Shown here in pieces: positions 63,957-64,000 of a DNA stretch of 64,000 nucleotides (position 1 is its first letter; every line of letters begins with the position of its first letter). Both the position numbers and the translations under genes were made by a program. This stretch comes from a virus. The notes beneath the pieces are model-generated. The model was not told where the DNA came from, ran no database searches, and was given only the letters and a program-made list of their open reading frames with translations. Location: positions 96,001 to 160,000 of IMG/VR virus record IMGVR_UViG_3300045988_164340. One strand, written 5' to 3'.

Positions 63957-64000
63957 AGCTTTGACTCCTTTTTGTTCCTTTCTTTTAGAAAATCTGTTGA

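Noticed and set aside
1-64000. Genome-wide reassignment of TAA (TGA as the only stop)
   Set aside because: Most well-supported genes end in TAA directly before a terminator or the next SD and ATG. Reading through would add stop-rich, non-protein-like tails. Only three ORFs show in-frame TAA, so I report them as local anomalies.
1-64000. crAss-like or Bacteroidota-phage identity, suggested by the TAG recoding
   Set aside because: The promoters are classical TTGACA-N17-TATAAT and the ribosome-binding sites are strong GGAGG. Neither is typical of Bacteroidota. No crAss marker genes are recognisable.

Overview
A 64-kb, low-G+C, very gene-dense stretch of mostly small ORFs with no housekeeping genes. 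It looks like part of a large phage, or a phage-plasmid-like mobile element. No virion genes are recognisable in the window. Genes form two convergent blocks: plus strand 1-37743 and minus strand 38413-63956. They meet at a G-rich repeat zone near 37.8-38.4 kb. Expression signals are near-consensus sigma70 promoters (AAATACTTGACA-N17-TAtAaT, often with an extended -10) and strong GGAGG-type ribosome-binding sites. This suggests a Firmicutes-like host rather than Bacteroidota. Recognisable products: vWA/DUF2828 protein, C5 DNA methyltransferase, YkuK/DUF458-like protein, DUF2233+SPOR and SleB-like cell-wall hydrolases, BI-1/YccA membrane protein, TnpB, AT-hook protein, SAM methyltransferase, SprT-like protease, two PcfJ-like proteins, DUF932 protein and a ParB-like protein. 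Main observations: (1) TAG is in-frame in a subset of genes, up to 8 times in one gene, so it is read as sense there. Three ORFs also carry an in-frame TAA. (2) An intact TnpB gene without tnpA is followed by its own promoter, a structured RNA and a 3-repeat mini-CRISPR array whose repeats look like subtype I-C. (3) The minus-strand block holds nine copies of a module: a strong SD, then ATG, then TAG as codon 2 of a 23-26 codon peptide ORF (51 residues in one copy). Each ORF is fully overlapped by an antisense RNA from a consensus plus-strand promoter. This resembles a type I toxin-antitoxin layout gated by stop-codon recoding. (4) There are several promoter-to-terminator non-coding RNA units, including one of about 600 nt. 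(5) Promoters carry sequences complementary to the downstream SD or forming terminators. All functional readings are inference from sequence; no searches were run.
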